A stretch of DNA of 64,000 nucleotides, from assembly GCA_965222615.1 (NCBI GenBank), contig CBDCUI010000008.1, forward strand, positions 960,001 to 1,024,000, read 5' to 3'. The notes beneath the pieces were generated by a model. The model saw nothing but the letters and a program-made list of their open reading frames with translations. It made no database searches and was not told the origin of the DNA. Position 1 is the first letter of the stretch, and every line of letters starts with the position of its first letter. This document shows, one piece after another, positions 51,914-62,833 of the stretch. The DNA is from Gammaproteobacteria bacterium (lineage in GTDB: Bacteria; Pseudomonadota; Gammaproteobacteria; UBA4575). The position numbers were made by a program, and so were the translations under genes.

Positions 51914-51938
51914 AAGCCCCCATCTTAAGGGGGCTTTC
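51914..51938. terminator. Bidirectional terminator candidate between convergent genes
   Basis: AAGCCCC...GGGGCTTT stem. Confidence 0.6.
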
Positions 51939-51955
51939 TAATTTCAGAACTTAAA

Positions 51956-52453
51956 TTATAGATCTTTTGTAAAATTAAAGGCTGAGCATCTTAAAGTGCC
52001 CATTAGCGCTTCATGAAACTCTTGTGTTTTATCATCACCAATTTCATTACGGACGCAGTCAATTAATTTTTCAGTAAATTTTATACCATCACTGGCGATA
52101 CGCTCTCCCTTGGGAGATAGCTTTAGATTGACGACTCTTCTGTCTTGTTTACTATGTTCACGGCTTACAAGCCCTTTAGCTTCTAACAATTCAAGTTGTC
52201 TGCTAATAGTACCAGAATCTGTAAATGTAGCTGCAGATACCTTTGCTGGTGTTGTTGCAAGTTCTAAGTAAATAGACTTGAGTATCCGCCATTGCTGATA
52301 ATTAACATGATGCTTTTTTAAATAGTCTGACGTCTTTTTGCGAGCAATACTATTTATAGTTTCTATATATGTAATTATGTCTGCATCAATTTTATTATCT
52401 TTTTTTTCTAGCACACGTGTTGTAAAAGCACTCTCTTCTTCTGTAATGTTCAT
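51956..52453 (-). CDS. MarR-family transcriptional regulator
   Basis: QWRIL, ISRQL..LE.KGLV.R and DRR...LSPKG motifs. Confidence 0.9.
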   Translation of the reverse strand: MNITEEESAFTTRVLEKKDNKIDADIITYIETINSIARKKTSDYLKKHHVNYQQWRILKSIYLELATTPAKVSAATFTDSGTISRQLELLEAKGLVSREHSKQDRRVVNLKLSPKGERIASDGIKFTEKLIDCVRNEIGDDKTQEFHEALMGTLRCSAFNFTKDL

Positions 52454-53124
52454 GAATACCTCGGTTCATAGTAAAAATTTCCGTTTTTTACCAACCTAAA
52501 TTGTAGTAGTTGTAGATTTTATTATTATTTGATAATTGTCATTAAACAATCATCCACCACCACAGTAATTCCTGTCGAAACAAAATTATGTGAGCAAGAT
52601 AACAGAAATTAGATCCCTCCTGATTTAAGGGGGTTTTTAATTACACTCAGTACACATGCCAATAAAATGACTAAAACCACCCACAACATATAGATTAATT
52701 GTATAAGGAAAATTAAGGCAATTTAAATAATTATTGAAAAATCAGTAATTGAATATACAGTTAAATTAATGGCCTAACTGAGCTAGCAATGTACAAAAGT
52801 TAAGTATCAAACACTGTGGCAAAATCAAATCAGTTTCATGCATAAACTGACTTTTTAGATAGGTACTTGATTAATATATATATTATGTGGCTAATCGTAC
52901 ATGCTGTTTGTTATTGTATTCAAATGTACTGGACAAGACAGGTAAGATACGTGTAGGTAATTCAACAGAAAAGTCATTAAATATCATTAAATTATTTGGA
53001 AGACTTGGCTCTCGTACGTCATTTCATCACTTATTAACGCACTTTCGACCGAATAGTGATTCACACGGTTTAATGCATAAAAATACTATCTCACCTAGGT
53101 GAAAATGATACCGAGGTTAATTCA

Positions 53125-53355
53125 ATGAGCTATTTTGGTGAGAGTACACTTGAGCATAAGGTTTTGAAATATATGGAAGGCATCAAGAATGCTAATAGTC
53201 TGAAAGACTACGAAATTGTCCGTATTATGAATAAAGTTGTCGATTATTATAGAGATAATCTTGTGTATGAGTTCAACGAAGAAGAAGCAAATACTATTTT
53301 ACAAGAAGCAAATGATTCGGCCATTCAGGCAGCTAAGAACTCTGCAGATTCCTAA
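53125..53355 (+). CDS. Small hypothetical protein
   Basis: GAGG RBS; 76 aa with helical character. Confidence 0.6.
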   Translation: MSYFGESTLEHKVLKYMEGIKNANSLKDYEIVRIMNKVVDYYRDNLVYEFNEEEANTILQEANDSAIQAAKNSADS

Positions 53356-53585
53356 TATAATTTTGTTTATCGGTTTTTAGATCAGAATAGAATTCGTGTT
53401 CATATAATTACTCTATCAAGATAAGTAGTTCGTTTCTTAATACTGTTATTTTTTATTAGTTGTTATTCCATTCGTAAAAGGTTTTCTCGACTTTTATTTT
53501 TAGTAGGTTTGTTTAATAGTTGAAATTAAAGCAACTAAACCAGCAAACATCATTAATCAATAATTACTACTAGATCAAAGTAAAT

Positions 53586-54074
53586 TTAAAGTTCGTTTAA
53601 AGAACTTTTCAAAGATGTAATTGCACTTGTGGAAACCAATATCGCGAATCTTGTAATTGTAACGTTTGGTAAAAAAAGACATGTGACTGCGCCGATAATA
53701 GCTCCATTTAAGGTTTGTTGAACCTGCTTGCTCTGTATTGCTAGACCATGGGCTAAGCGTACGAAATGCTCACAATTAAAGGTTACTAAGTTATAACGGA
53801 TATTGGCACCGATGTAACTTCGAGCACGCTTAAGAATTACATCTGTACAATCTGTCCCTTTTATATTGCTGCCTTCATAAGGTCTGTTTCCTACAACCAG
53901 GTCCCATGGCTCTTCTTGAACACCTGTAGTTCGATGTGAGAGTGAAATTAAATTAGGTTTGCCATTAGTGTAGCGGTCACTCACAATAGCAAAATGTTTA
54001 TAGAACGGATATCGTATACTGATTACAGATCCAGGCTTTAATTTTAGAAGGTGTTCAGTAGCATTCGTATCCAT
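53586..54074 (-). CDS. LRAT-like (permuted NlpC/P60) acyltransferase/hydrolase
   Basis: PG......PFYKHFAI and YNLVTFNCEHFV motifs; hydrophobic C-terminus. Confidence 0.8.
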   Translation of the reverse strand: MDTNATEHLLKLKPGSVISIRYPFYKHFAIVSDRYTNGKPNLISLSHRTTGVQEEPWDLVVGNRPYEGSNIKGTDCTDVILKRARSYIGANIRYNLVTFNCEHFVRLAHGLAIQSKQVQQTLNGAIIGAVTCLFLPNVTITRFAILVSTSAITSLKSSLNEL

Positions 54075-54171
54075 AGTGATTTGCTGGACATTATATACTC
54101 ATTAAAGTTTCATTTTACTATAGTTTTGACATATTTTATATTTCAAGCTTTATTTACACTGTTTAATTAAA

Positions 54172-54828
54172 ATGTCTAAAAAAATTTTATCGTTGAGAGT
54201 ATTTTTTGCCACTCTATTGATTATGTATATGGTAGCTTGCTCCCAAGCATATTACGGCACTTTGGAAAAAGTAGGTATCCATAAACGTGATATCTTAGTT
54301 GATCGAGTAGAGGCCGCTAAAGAATCACAAGAGGCTGCAAGAGATCAATTTCAATCTGCCCTTGAGGAATTTAGTTCTGTAGTGAATTTTGATGGGGGTA
54401 ATCTTGAAGAAACCTATAAAAAGTTAAATAAAGAGCTTCAAGAAAGTGAGGCTCGTGCAAATGAGGTTAAAACAAGAATTGATAAGGTAGAAGAAGTCTC
54501 AAAGGCGCTATTTACTGAATGGGAGAAGGAATTAAAGGAGTATGATAGCGATACCCTGCGTAAAAAAAGTGAACAACAACTTATCAATACAAAACAACGC
54601 TATAACCATCTAATGGTATCTATGAGACGTGCTGAGGTTCGTATAGACCCTGTTTTGCGACCATTTAGAGACCAAGTGTTATTTCTAAAGCATAATTTAA
54701 ATGCTAAGGCTATCGCATCTTTGCGTGGGGAGTTGGTTCAGGTAGAGGCCGATACCGATAAATTGATAAGAGAGCTTGAGTTATCAATAGCTGAAGCGGA
54801 TAAATTTATCCAAGAGTCTGAACTCTGA
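54172..54828 (+). CDS. DUF2959-like coiled-coil lipoprotein
   Basis: VAC lipobox; EKVGIHKRDILVDRV and DQVLFLKHNLNA motifs. Confidence 0.8.
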   Translation: MSKKILSLRVFFATLLIMYMVACSQAYYGTLEKVGIHKRDILVDRVEAAKESQEAARDQFQSALEEFSSVVNFDGGNLEETYKKLNKELQESEARANEVKTRIDKVEEVSKALFTEWEKELKEYDSDTLRKKSEQQLINTKQRYNHLMVSMRRAEVRIDPVLRPFRDQVLFLKHNLNAKAIASLRGELVQVEADTDKLIRELELSIAEADKFIQESEL

Positions 54829-55000
54829 GTGAGTTGCCCCCGACAGATTGTTATATATATAGAAAATACTTGGACTGACTAAGATAAATATTAGGTAATA
54901 GCCTTAACTCTAAAGATATCCATTTATTCCTAAATTTATTCCGTTTGTCCTCATGTTTAAAAAGGCTAATCTAATGCCTTGATATAGTCGATCAAATTTT

Positions 55001-55888
55001 TTGAAATCTTGGGGATGTAGCACTATGAGTTTATTTTGTGCCAGACAAGGAACCCACTTGCTAAAGTCTTTTTTAATCCCAATTTTTATTAGTAATTGTT
55101 GTGTAAGCCTAGCCTCTGCTGAAGGTATTTTTTCCAGCATTACGCAGTTTACAAACACGAAGGCTATTGAAAAATGTGTCGCGAAAATTAATCGCAATGC
55201 AGATGAATCTCTGGATACAGCTGCGAGACTTTATCAAACCGGCATGTGTTATTTTTGTGTAGGTTGTGACTTAGATGCAGATAATGGACACATATTTGAA
55301 GGTAATCATCCTACAGATTTTACATTACATGATTCATATGTGACGGCATATAAGTTGCTACAACAGGCTGCTGATTTGGGTAATCAACAAGCAAACTATG
55401 GACTAGCAGCATTGATTTATGCAAATGATTTAACTAAGAATAAAATCACTAAAGATAAAATTGCATCACAAGAAATTGAAAAAATTACGCAAAAAGCTAA
55501 TGCAAAAAGCTCTCTTGCAGAGGAAGAATTAAATAATACTATTGAAACTCTTAAAAAAGAGGTTTATGCGAAGCCACAGAATCAAGATTTCAGCACTGAA
55601 ATACATGTTCGCCTGTTGAAAGCTGCCAAGCAAGGTCATATACCTTCACAGTTTGCTCTAAGTCAGGTTTATTCCAGGGGTGTTGGTGTTAAGCCCAATA
55701 AGATTAAAGCCTATGCATGGGCTGCTACTGCGGTTGCACAAGATCCTCCCTTTGGTAGTGATAGAAGAGATATACATGCGATGTATATGAATACTTCTGA
55801 ATTATTTGAAGCAGAATCTTTGGCTGACCGATACATGAAGAAATATACGAATATCTTTGAGCGGCCTTCGGTTACAGTAATGCGTTAA
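55001..55888 (+). CDS. Exported Sel1-like repeat protein (true start uncertain)
   Basis: AADLGNQQANYGL and AAKQGHIPSQFAL..Y..G.GV repeats. Confidence 0.75.
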   Translation: MKSWGCSTMSLFCARQGTHLLKSFLIPIFISNCCVSLASAEGIFSSITQFTNTKAIEKCVAKINRNADESLDTAARLYQTGMCYFCVGCDLDADNGHIFEGNHPTDFTLHDSYVTAYKLLQQAADLGNQQANYGLAALIYANDLTKNKITKDKIASQEIEKITQKANAKSSLAEEELNNTIETLKKEVYAKPQNQDFSTEIHVRLLKAAKQGHIPSQFALSQVYSRGVGVKPNKIKAYAWAATAVAQDPPFGSDRRDIHAMYMNTSELFEAESLADRYMKKYTNIFERPSVTVMR

Positions 55889-55898
55889 AACAATAATT

Positions 55899-56031
55899 TA
55901 GGAAACTCTGATTTATTAATGAAATGACTGAGATGAGGCAAAAAATGTTGAGAAAGCGGAGTGTATATACAAATACATGAGCATTTCGAGACATTTTTTA
56001 ACAAAGTATCAGAATAAATCAGAGTTTCCTA
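55899..56031. mobile_element. 133-bp MITE-like palindromic element
   Basis: 19-bp perfect terminal inverted repeats TAGGAAACTCTGATTTATT / AATAAATCAGAGTTTCCTA with TA at both ends; no ORF. Confidence 0.75.
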
Positions 56032-56164
56032 TAGTATTCGAATTGCTTCACAATTTTAGAAGTTATTTGTCACTGGTCTGAAAAAAACCATGTGATATCG
56101 CCTCTACCGGCTTTTGCCAAATAATTGCGCCATAATTTTAGAGTTTATATTGAAATAGTTAAGC

Positions 56165-56941
56165 ATGGGTATATCAAACACGGATGTTTCGAGAAAGCCA
56201 AATCAAAAGTTAGCCAGCACAGACAGCCAAATCATAGATCAAGCTATACAATCGAAACTTAGCAATCAATTTCGGCCTTATTATTTAATAAGTGCCATGC
56301 TTTTTATATTCACCTTACTGGAATGGTATAGGTGGTATGAAGATCTCCCGCCAGCTCCTTTTACGATATCCATCTTATTTTTGGTTTCAGTTGTAATCGC
56401 TTATTTTAAGCAGCAGCAATTTAAACAAGAACTCGGCTTTTTAAGCTATGGAAAGCAGGGTGAGAGACCAATTTCGGATTACATTAGAGATTTATCTAAG
56501 GCAAATAGTCTACGTATTTTTCAAGATGTGAAAGTTGAGGATAATTTTTGCAGCTATGTAATATGTGCGAATTTTGGTGTTTTGGTGATAGACATAATTG
56601 ATTTGCCAGCACCACAAAATGGCGAGGCAATTGTTGCATATAAAAATAATGAGCTGACTCTAAATGGTTATCCAATGGATAGGGATCCTGTAGATGAAAT
56701 GAGGCAGTTGTGCAAAGAACTTCAAAAAGTTTTACAAAAAAGTTCAAGTCAAGATTTTACAATATATGGTGTGTTAGCATTTCCAAAGTGGTATGTTAAA
56801 TCCCATGAATCCTCAGATATTAAAATCATTAATCCAAGGCAATTAACAGGCGTATATCAGGGCCTATTAAATTCGAATACTAACGTAGATCAAGGTATTG
56901 CTTCATATCATATAAATAAATATATACGCGCAAGCAAATAA
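56165..56941 (+). CDS. Membrane-anchored NERD-like (nuclease-related) protein
   Basis: Two TM helices, then G..GE...IFQDV...YVI....GV.VI; catalytic residues look degenerate. Confidence 0.6.
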   Translation: MGISNTDVSRKPNQKLASTDSQIIDQAIQSKLSNQFRPYYLISAMLFIFTLLEWYRWYEDLPPAPFTISILFLVSVVIAYFKQQQFKQELGFLSYGKQGERPISDYIRDLSKANSLRIFQDVKVEDNFCSYVICANFGVLVIDIIDLPAPQNGEAIVAYKNNELTLNGYPMDRDPVDEMRQLCKELQKVLQKSSSQDFTIYGVLAFPKWYVKSHESSDIKIINPRQLTGVYQGLLNSNTNVDQGIASYHINKYIRASK

Positions 56942-56967
56942 TAATACCTAATCAACTAAGCAATGCT

Positions 56968-57573
56968 TTAGTATTTCAATGATAGATCTGCTTCAAGGAT
57001 AGCATCTACTTCATTTTGTATGATTAATTCTGAAAAAGGTTCTTCTAGATCTAAAAAGATGATATGCATGACCCGCATAAAATCACTCTTTTCATGAGTT
57101 ATGGGAGTTTTGTTAAATTTTGATTTGTATAGGTTTGCAATATTAGAGATTAATATTCGTAAACGCTGTAGTTCATCATCATTGTTTTTTCCTCTGATAT
57201 TATCCGTCGTCCAGCAAATTAAGTCGCGAATATGCATAAGATCGGTTTGTGTCCTATCGAGAATTTCAGGCAAAAAACCTAAACCAGAAAAAGATGCTTT
57301 TGCTTTTAATAAAGGAACTCCAAATGTTGGTAATGTTTGCAGGTCGTGTAAAACCTGATCAATATTATTAGCGATTTCCTCAAATTGCTTTGCAGTTATA
57401 GTAGCTTTTGGAATCTCGAGATTAGTTTTTACAATGGAATAATAGTCTTCAATATACGTTTCAACCTGCCTTATAAACTCATCCACTAAATACTTCTTAT
57501 ATGGAAGTATATTACGAAGTGCTCGCACTGAAAGCGCATCAAGTGAATAATGACTGACTTGGTAGATGGGCAT
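56968..57573 (-). CDS. Hypothetical protein
   Basis: 201-aa ORF; no recognised motif. Confidence 0.6.
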   Translation of the reverse strand: MPIYQVSHYSLDALSVRALRNILPYKKYLVDEFIRQVETYIEDYYSIVKTNLEIPKATITAKQFEEIANNIDQVLHDLQTLPTFGVPLLKAKASFSGLGFLPEILDRTQTDLMHIRDLICWTTDNIRGKNNDDELQRLRILISNIANLYKSKFNKTPITHEKSDFMRVMHIIFLDLEEPFSELIIQNEVDAILEADLSLKY

Positions 57574-57651
57574 AGTTATTAAGCATCGTTGTTATTGTGT
57601 ATTATTGCCAAAATTATACTGTGTATTTGCAGCCTAACACATAGAGTTTTT

Positions 57652-59553
57652 CTATTTGAATTGGTTCAATGACTTAGTAACGATTTCTTCAAGTAAATTC
57701 GCATTGGCTTTACTTGGATCGACAGGTTTGCTAGCAATTAGGTTAATTTTACGCCCAATTTTTTTGGGTAAGCCTTGCATTGGCTTGCCATTGAAATTAC
57801 TAAAGTAACTGCCCCACAAGCCCTCCAGCGCCATAGGGATCACCACAACCGGGGTTTCATTAAGTATGCGTTCTATTCCTGGCTTAAAGGTATCTACCTT
57901 TCCATCTGTAGTAAGTTTTCCTTCGGGAAATATCCCAATGACATGGCCATCGTCAAGTTCAGCAGAGACCCGCGTATATGCCTGTTCTAAAAGAACAGGG
58001 TCTTCTTTTTTAGGGGCGATTGGAATGGCATTTGCGGTTTTGAATATAAAGCGTAAAAAAGGGATATTAAATATTTTATGGTACATAACAAAGCGAATAG
58101 GGCGTCGTACACAGCCACCAATAATAAGAGCATCCATTAAGCTAACATGATTTGACACAACAACAGCTGGACCTTGCTCAGGGATATTGTCCAAGCCATG
58201 TTTTTTTACCCGATATATCAAATGCACTAGTATCCAAACAACAAAACGCATAAAAAATTCGGGTATGAGGGTATAGATATACACCGCTACGACTGCATTT
58301 AAGATTGCAGCCACAAGAAATAGCTGTGGAATATTTAATCCTGCATTCAGTAAAAAAATCGCATATAAGCCAGCAGTGGTAATAAAAATTGCATTAAGTA
58401 TGTTATTACCTGCGATAATGCGTGATCGTTTTTTTGGGTTAGACCGAGCTTGTATCAGTGCATATAGAGGTACGATGTAAATACCTCCAAATACGCCAAG
58501 TAAAAATATATCTGCGATCAAACGCCAGTTTGAATGTATTGAAATAAATTCTCTGAATCCTAATAGTTCCGTTGACGCATGTGTGGTCGTAGAGAAAAAC
58601 ACGTCAATGCCAAATAATGTCAGCCCGATTGAACCTATAGGAACTAAACCTAATTCTATTTTTCGATCAGAAAGACGTTCGCATAGCAATGAGCCAACAC
58701 CTATACCGATACAAAATAAAGCTAAGAATAAAGTTACAACTTGCTCATTAGCGCCTAATGATAACCGTGTAAAATTTGGTAATTGAGTGATGTAAGTTGC
58801 GCCTAAAAACCAAAACCACGACACACCTAGTACAGAATTAAATACAGTTTTATTTTCTCTTAAAATATTTATATTGCGAAAAGTTTCTATAAAAGGATTC
58901 CATTTGATATTAAGTTGAGGGTCTACCGCCGGTGCGGTCGGAATACGTAAACTAGCAATGAAGCCAAATATCGCTAATGCGATTATGACGTAAGGAACTA
59001 GCATATTTGAGTTTGAAGATATCCCTATTAAAATTCCACCTAGCATTGTTCCTAACAAAATTGCAATGAAAGTCCCAGATTCAACCAGTGCGTTACCCCC
59101 TACAAGTTCTTCTTTTTTTAAATGTTGTGGAATAATTGAATATTTAATTGGTCCAAACAACGAGGACTGCGTACCCATAAGAAACAAAGCCAACAATAAA
59201 ATAGGGATGTTTTTTAAGTAAAATCCTAAAGATGCAACTAGCATAATCGCTATTTCTGCTAGTTTAATTCGTCTGATTAATAAAGATTTTTCAAATCGAT
59301 CAGCAATTTGCCCTGCTGTAGCTGAGAAAATAAAAAACGGTAATATAAAAAGTATTGCAGCGAGGTTGATGATGTTGTTTGAATGGTCTGAACCAGTATG
59401 GATACTTTGAAAAGCAATTAGTATAAATAATGCATTTTTGAACACATTGTCATTGAATGCACCAAAGAATTGCGTAAGAAAAAAAGGGCCAAACCGTTTT
59501 TCGCCAAGAAGGTGAAATTGGCTATTTTTTTTGGGATGATTTTGTGTCGACAA
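57652..59553 (-). CDS. MFS (LplT-like) transporter fused to a PlsC-type acyltransferase
   Basis: TQFFGAFNDN and about 12 TM helices; C-terminal NHVSLMD and IFPEG. Confidence 0.9.
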   Translation of the reverse strand: MSTQNHPKKNSQFHLLGEKRFGPFFLTQFFGAFNDNVFKNALFILIAFQSIHTGSDHSNNIINLAAILFILPFFIFSATAGQIADRFEKSLLIRRIKLAEIAIMLVASLGFYLKNIPILLLALFLMGTQSSLFGPIKYSIIPQHLKKEELVGGNALVESGTFIAILLGTMLGGILIGISSNSNMLVPYVIIALAIFGFIASLRIPTAPAVDPQLNIKWNPFIETFRNINILRENKTVFNSVLGVSWFWFLGATYITQLPNFTRLSLGANEQVVTLFLALFCIGIGVGSLLCERLSDRKIELGLVPIGSIGLTLFGIDVFFSTTTHASTELLGFREFISIHSNWRLIADIFLLGVFGGIYIVPLYALIQARSNPKKRSRIIAGNNILNAIFITTAGLYAIFLLNAGLNIPQLFLVAAILNAVVAVYIYTLIPEFFMRFVVWILVHLIYRVKKHGLDNIPEQGPAVVVSNHVSLMDALIIGGCVRRPIRFVMYHKIFNIPFLRFIFKTANAIPIAPKKEDPVLLEQAYTRVSAELDDGHVIGIFPEGKLTTDGKVDTFKPGIERILNETPVVVIPMALEGLWGSYFSNFNGKPMQGLPKKIGRKINLIASKPVDPSKANANLLEEIVTKSLNQFK

Positions 59554-59568
59554 GGTCAGCGTGCTAGC

Positions 59569-59997
59569 TTAGTGGCAACAAGATTGACCAAACTTTTTTA
59601 AACGCCAGTAATTATAGGGCCAAGGTGTTAAAAATCCTACTATAAGCATTATGGGAATGACCCACCATACAAGTCTGGCACCACCAGTAAGATAATAGTC
59701 GGTAATATTCATCGTAGTTTCCATCGAAATCATGGAAATAAAGCTCATTCCTAAGGCAGTTTTTAAGGCTGCATTAAAGTGCATTCCTCTACGAATTAAT
59801 AAGATAGTTTCAAGAAGTATACTAGTAAGTAGTCCGTTGATGATGGCTAAGGTGAGGATAAAAATAGGGTTTGCATTAATCTTAAAAAATTGGAAAAAAG
59901 CAATGGTTCCAAAGTCTCCAATTGAACAGCCAATTAAACACCACATAGTGTTATACGCACTTTCTCTCCAGGTATTTAAACTAGTCCAAAACGACAT
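59569..59997 (-). CDS. DUF4396-like membrane protein
   Basis: T.WCLIGCSIGD, S.ISME and PWPYNYW motifs; C-terminal CCH. Confidence 0.78.
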   Translation of the reverse strand: MSFWTSLNTWRESAYNTMWCLIGCSIGDFGTIAFFQFFKINANPIFILTLAIINGLLTSILLETILLIRRGMHFNAALKTALGMSFISMISMETTMNITDYYLTGGARLVWWVIPIMLIVGFLTPWPYNYWRLKKFGQSCCH

Positions 59998-60011
59998 TGA
60001 TTAATGCTAAT

Positions 60012-60046
60012 AAAAAAAGCGTGATAAGCAAGGCTCATCACGCTTT
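60012..60046 (-). terminator. Intrinsic terminator downstream of the ferredoxin gene
   Basis: AAAGCGTGAT...ATCACGCTTT stem with T tract on the minus strand. Confidence 0.7.
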
Positions 60047-60064
60047 ATTTAGAGTTAATTGAAT

Positions 60065-60397
60065 TTACGATTTGTAGTCAGGATTAATTGCTCCTTGATC
60101 GAAGTCTAGTTCTACTTCAACATCGGTCTTTAATCTTGACTGACAAGCCAAAATATAGTTTTGCTTGAGCATGTCACCATCTAGAGTATAGGCAAAGTCT
60201 GTTAACTCTTTTACTTTACCGCTTATGAGTTTAGCTCTACACGTACCGCAGGAGCCCACTTTGCAATCACATGGCCAATCAATACCGGCATTCTTTGCTG
60301 CTTGCAATAGATTGATACCGCCTTTGACATCAAATGTCTGGCCTGTATTTTTTATGGTTGCTTTAAAATCCTTATTTTTCCCGCCTAATCCAAACAT
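60065..60397 (-). CDS. Plant-type 2Fe-2S ferredoxin
   Basis: CKVGSCGTC...LACQ. Confidence 0.9.
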   Translation of the reverse strand: MFGLGGKNKDFKATIKNTGQTFDVKGGINLLQAAKNAGIDWPCDCKVGSCGTCRAKLISGKVKELTDFAYTLDGDMLKQNYILACQSRLKTDVEVELDFDQGAINPDYKS

Positions 60398-60557
60398 AGT
60401 ATGTACTCCTATTTCACTTATTTTTTGCAGCTAAGCTAATCGTGACGTGGTATTTAACTAGCATATAAATGAATCATAACGCTTAACTAACATAAGTCGA
60501 AGATTTTTTTACATAAAATGTATTGCTATATGGGTTAAATACTTGAATACCATGATT

Positions 60558-61043
60558 TTATTGTAACAAGCTCCTTAACATCCAAGCGGTTTTTTCATGA
60601 ATTTGCATACGTTGTGTAAGAAGATCGGCAGTAGGTTCATCACTTGCATTTTCCGCTAGTGGAAAGATTTCACGTGCTGTTCTAACCACCGCTTCTTGTC
60701 CTAGAACCAATTGTTGAATCATTTCTTCTGCACTCGGGACACTTGTTTCTTCCTTAATTTGAGTAAGTTTTGCATAACTCGCATATGAGCCGGGTGCATA
60801 AACCCCTAGAGTTTGAATACGCTCAGCTATTTCATCCACGGCAAGAGCAAGTTCGTTATATTGCTGTTCAAACATAGTATGTAATGTCGTGAACATTGGG
60901 CCAGTTACGTTCCAATGATAATTATGAGTTTTTAAGTAAAGGGTGTAGGTATCTGCGAGTAAGCGACTCAAGCCTTGTGCAATTTGTTGTCGTTGCTCTT
61001 CAGCAATACCTATATCGATTCGTGGTTGAACGACTGTATTCAT
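60558..61043 (-). CDS. dps: Dps/ferritin-like DNA-protection protein
   Basis: [22 protein letters not shown] and HEKTAWML motifs. Confidence 0.95.
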   Translation of the reverse strand: MNTVVQPRIDIGIAEEQRQQIAQGLSRLLADTYTLYLKTHNYHWNVTGPMFTTLHTMFEQQYNELALAVDEIAERIQTLGVYAPGSYASYAKLTQIKEETSVPSAEEMIQQLVLGQEAVVRTAREIFPLAENASDEPTADLLTQRMQIHEKTAWMLRSLLQ

Positions 61044-61224
61044 GGCCCAATCTCCTGTGTTAGTAGTGACTAATAATCTTGTGTAGCTATCTTCCTATTT
61101 TGTTTTTCATATTTAAAATTGATAATAATGAAGACTTTGATCGATTTTATAAATCGATTATTAGCACTCAAGTTCAGTAGGATAGGTGAACTTAGAGTCA
61201 CTGGCTGTGCAGGCTAATAGAAAG

Positions 61225-62025
61225 TTACCATGGGTAAAGGCTCATCCAATAGGTGCCCCATAATACAAGTCCTAAACCGGTGATCATCCGCATCTTATTT
61301 GCGGAGAAGGGTAGTATTTTTTCTAGTAATACAAAGACTGTTATGAGTATTACCCACAGCATATTCATAACTCCAACGGCAAAAAGTATCGCCATTAGTG
61401 CCCAGCAACAACCCACGCAAAATAAACCATGATGTAGTCCCATTCTAAATGCTCCCCAATTTCCGTCTTGCCAGGCGGTCATTAAAAATCCAAGTGGTGT
61501 ACGACATTGACGCAGGCAGACATCTTTCAGTGGTGTCCACTGATAGAGTCCAGCAAGAATCAATATCCCGCCACTCATGAGATAACTGCGACTGTTCATC
61601 ATAGGATTGAGCAAACCGCTCTCGTGTAGTGGCCATTGAATTACAGTGGCAGCTATACTGAATATTGCCCATGCAACTAAGTACCCACCGAGAAATATAA
61701 AAGTTGAAGCATAGGGCTGTTGTTTAAGCCGTTTATTTTTGTTTACGGTCGAAAACATCAATACCATTGGAGCAGCTGTTGGCGTCATCATGGCAAGCAT
61801 CATGGTTAGCCACATAAAAAATAGCATAAAAAAATCCCACACAGTCCAGATTCTGCTGCCACCTTTGGGCGGCATCCACATATCAACTAAATGCATATTC
61901 TCCATCGCCCATGCCATATAGAACATATAGATCCAACCTACTGCAGCGACCACAAATAAGCCGGCTACAATAATTTTTTTGTCTTCTAGTGAAAGGTTAT
62001 GAGGGGATAATTTCGATACATTCAT
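61225..62025 (-). CDS. DUF2182-like metal-binding membrane protein
   Basis: MMLAMM.P, YQWTPLK..CL..CR.P and CVGCCWALM motifs. Confidence 0.85.
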   Translation of the reverse strand: MNVSKLSPHNLSLEDKKIIVAGLFVVAAVGWIYMFYMAWAMENMHLVDMWMPPKGGSRIWTVWDFFMLFFMWLTMMLAMMTPTAAPMVLMFSTVNKNKRLKQQPYASTFIFLGGYLVAWAIFSIAATVIQWPLHESGLLNPMMNSRSYLMSGGILILAGLYQWTPLKDVCLRQCRTPLGFLMTAWQDGNWGAFRMGLHHGLFCVGCCWALMAILFAVGVMNMLWVILITVFVLLEKILPFSANKMRMITGLGLVLWGTYWMSLYPW

Positions 62026-62227
62026 ATTTATAAAGTTGATTCTATTATAGTTTTTTAACTCATTGATTATTCATTAAATATAAAGATTGTTTAAGTGAGT
62101 AAAAAGGACAAGCCAGGGGGACTATCTATAAGCCTTACTGCGCCAGAGTTACCAAGCTATTGTCACACTGATCTATTATGCTATCGTGTATGTAATTGCG
62201 CATAGATATTATTATGTGAGGTAAAAA

Positions 62228-62833
62228 GTGGCGATTTCAAATTGGAAAGTAGAAGGCACCTATTTCGAATCATGTAACTGTGAAAATGTTTGCCCATGCA
62301 TTTTGTTAAAGGATCCTACCGCAGGGTTTTGTGAAGCCATCGTCGGCTGGCATATTGAAAAAGGTCATTGCAACGATGTTTCTTTGGATGGAGTTAAAGT
62401 CGGGGTTTGGTTGCATGCCCCTGGTAATCTTACCAAAGGCAATTGGCGCTTAGCATTATATGTAGATGATAGTGCAACGGATGAGCAGTTCGATGCAATA
62501 TGTTCACTATGGAGTGGTGAAGGCGACGGTCATTTAGGGGTTATCGCTAGCTTAGTAAGTGAAGTAATGAGCGCTAAAAAGGCGAAAATCACTTATGAAA
62601 GCACGGGTACTAAAAAACATCTGGTGATTGATGGCGTAGGTGAAAATGAAATGTACCCAATGGAGGGTGAAGAGGGTAAACCGGTAATTGTGACTAATCC
62701 ACCGCTGGCTGTAGCACCTGGCAATCCTATTGTTGTGCACGAATCTAAGCGTGCGCGCTACCATGATAATGGCATGGAGTGGTATCAGTCAGGTAAGGCT
62801 GGCTTGGCGTCTCCATTTCAATACGGTCCATAA
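62228..62833 (+). CDS. DUF1326-like protein
   Basis: G.YFESCNC...CPC; divergent from its usual DUF2182 partner. Confidence 0.85.
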   Translation: MAISNWKVEGTYFESCNCENVCPCILLKDPTAGFCEAIVGWHIEKGHCNDVSLDGVKVGVWLHAPGNLTKGNWRLALYVDDSATDEQFDAICSLWSGEGDGHLGVIASLVSEVMSAKKAKITYESTGTKKHLVIDGVGENEMYPMEGEEGKPVIVTNPPLAVAPGNPIVVHESKRARYHDNGMEWYQSGKAGLASPFQYGP

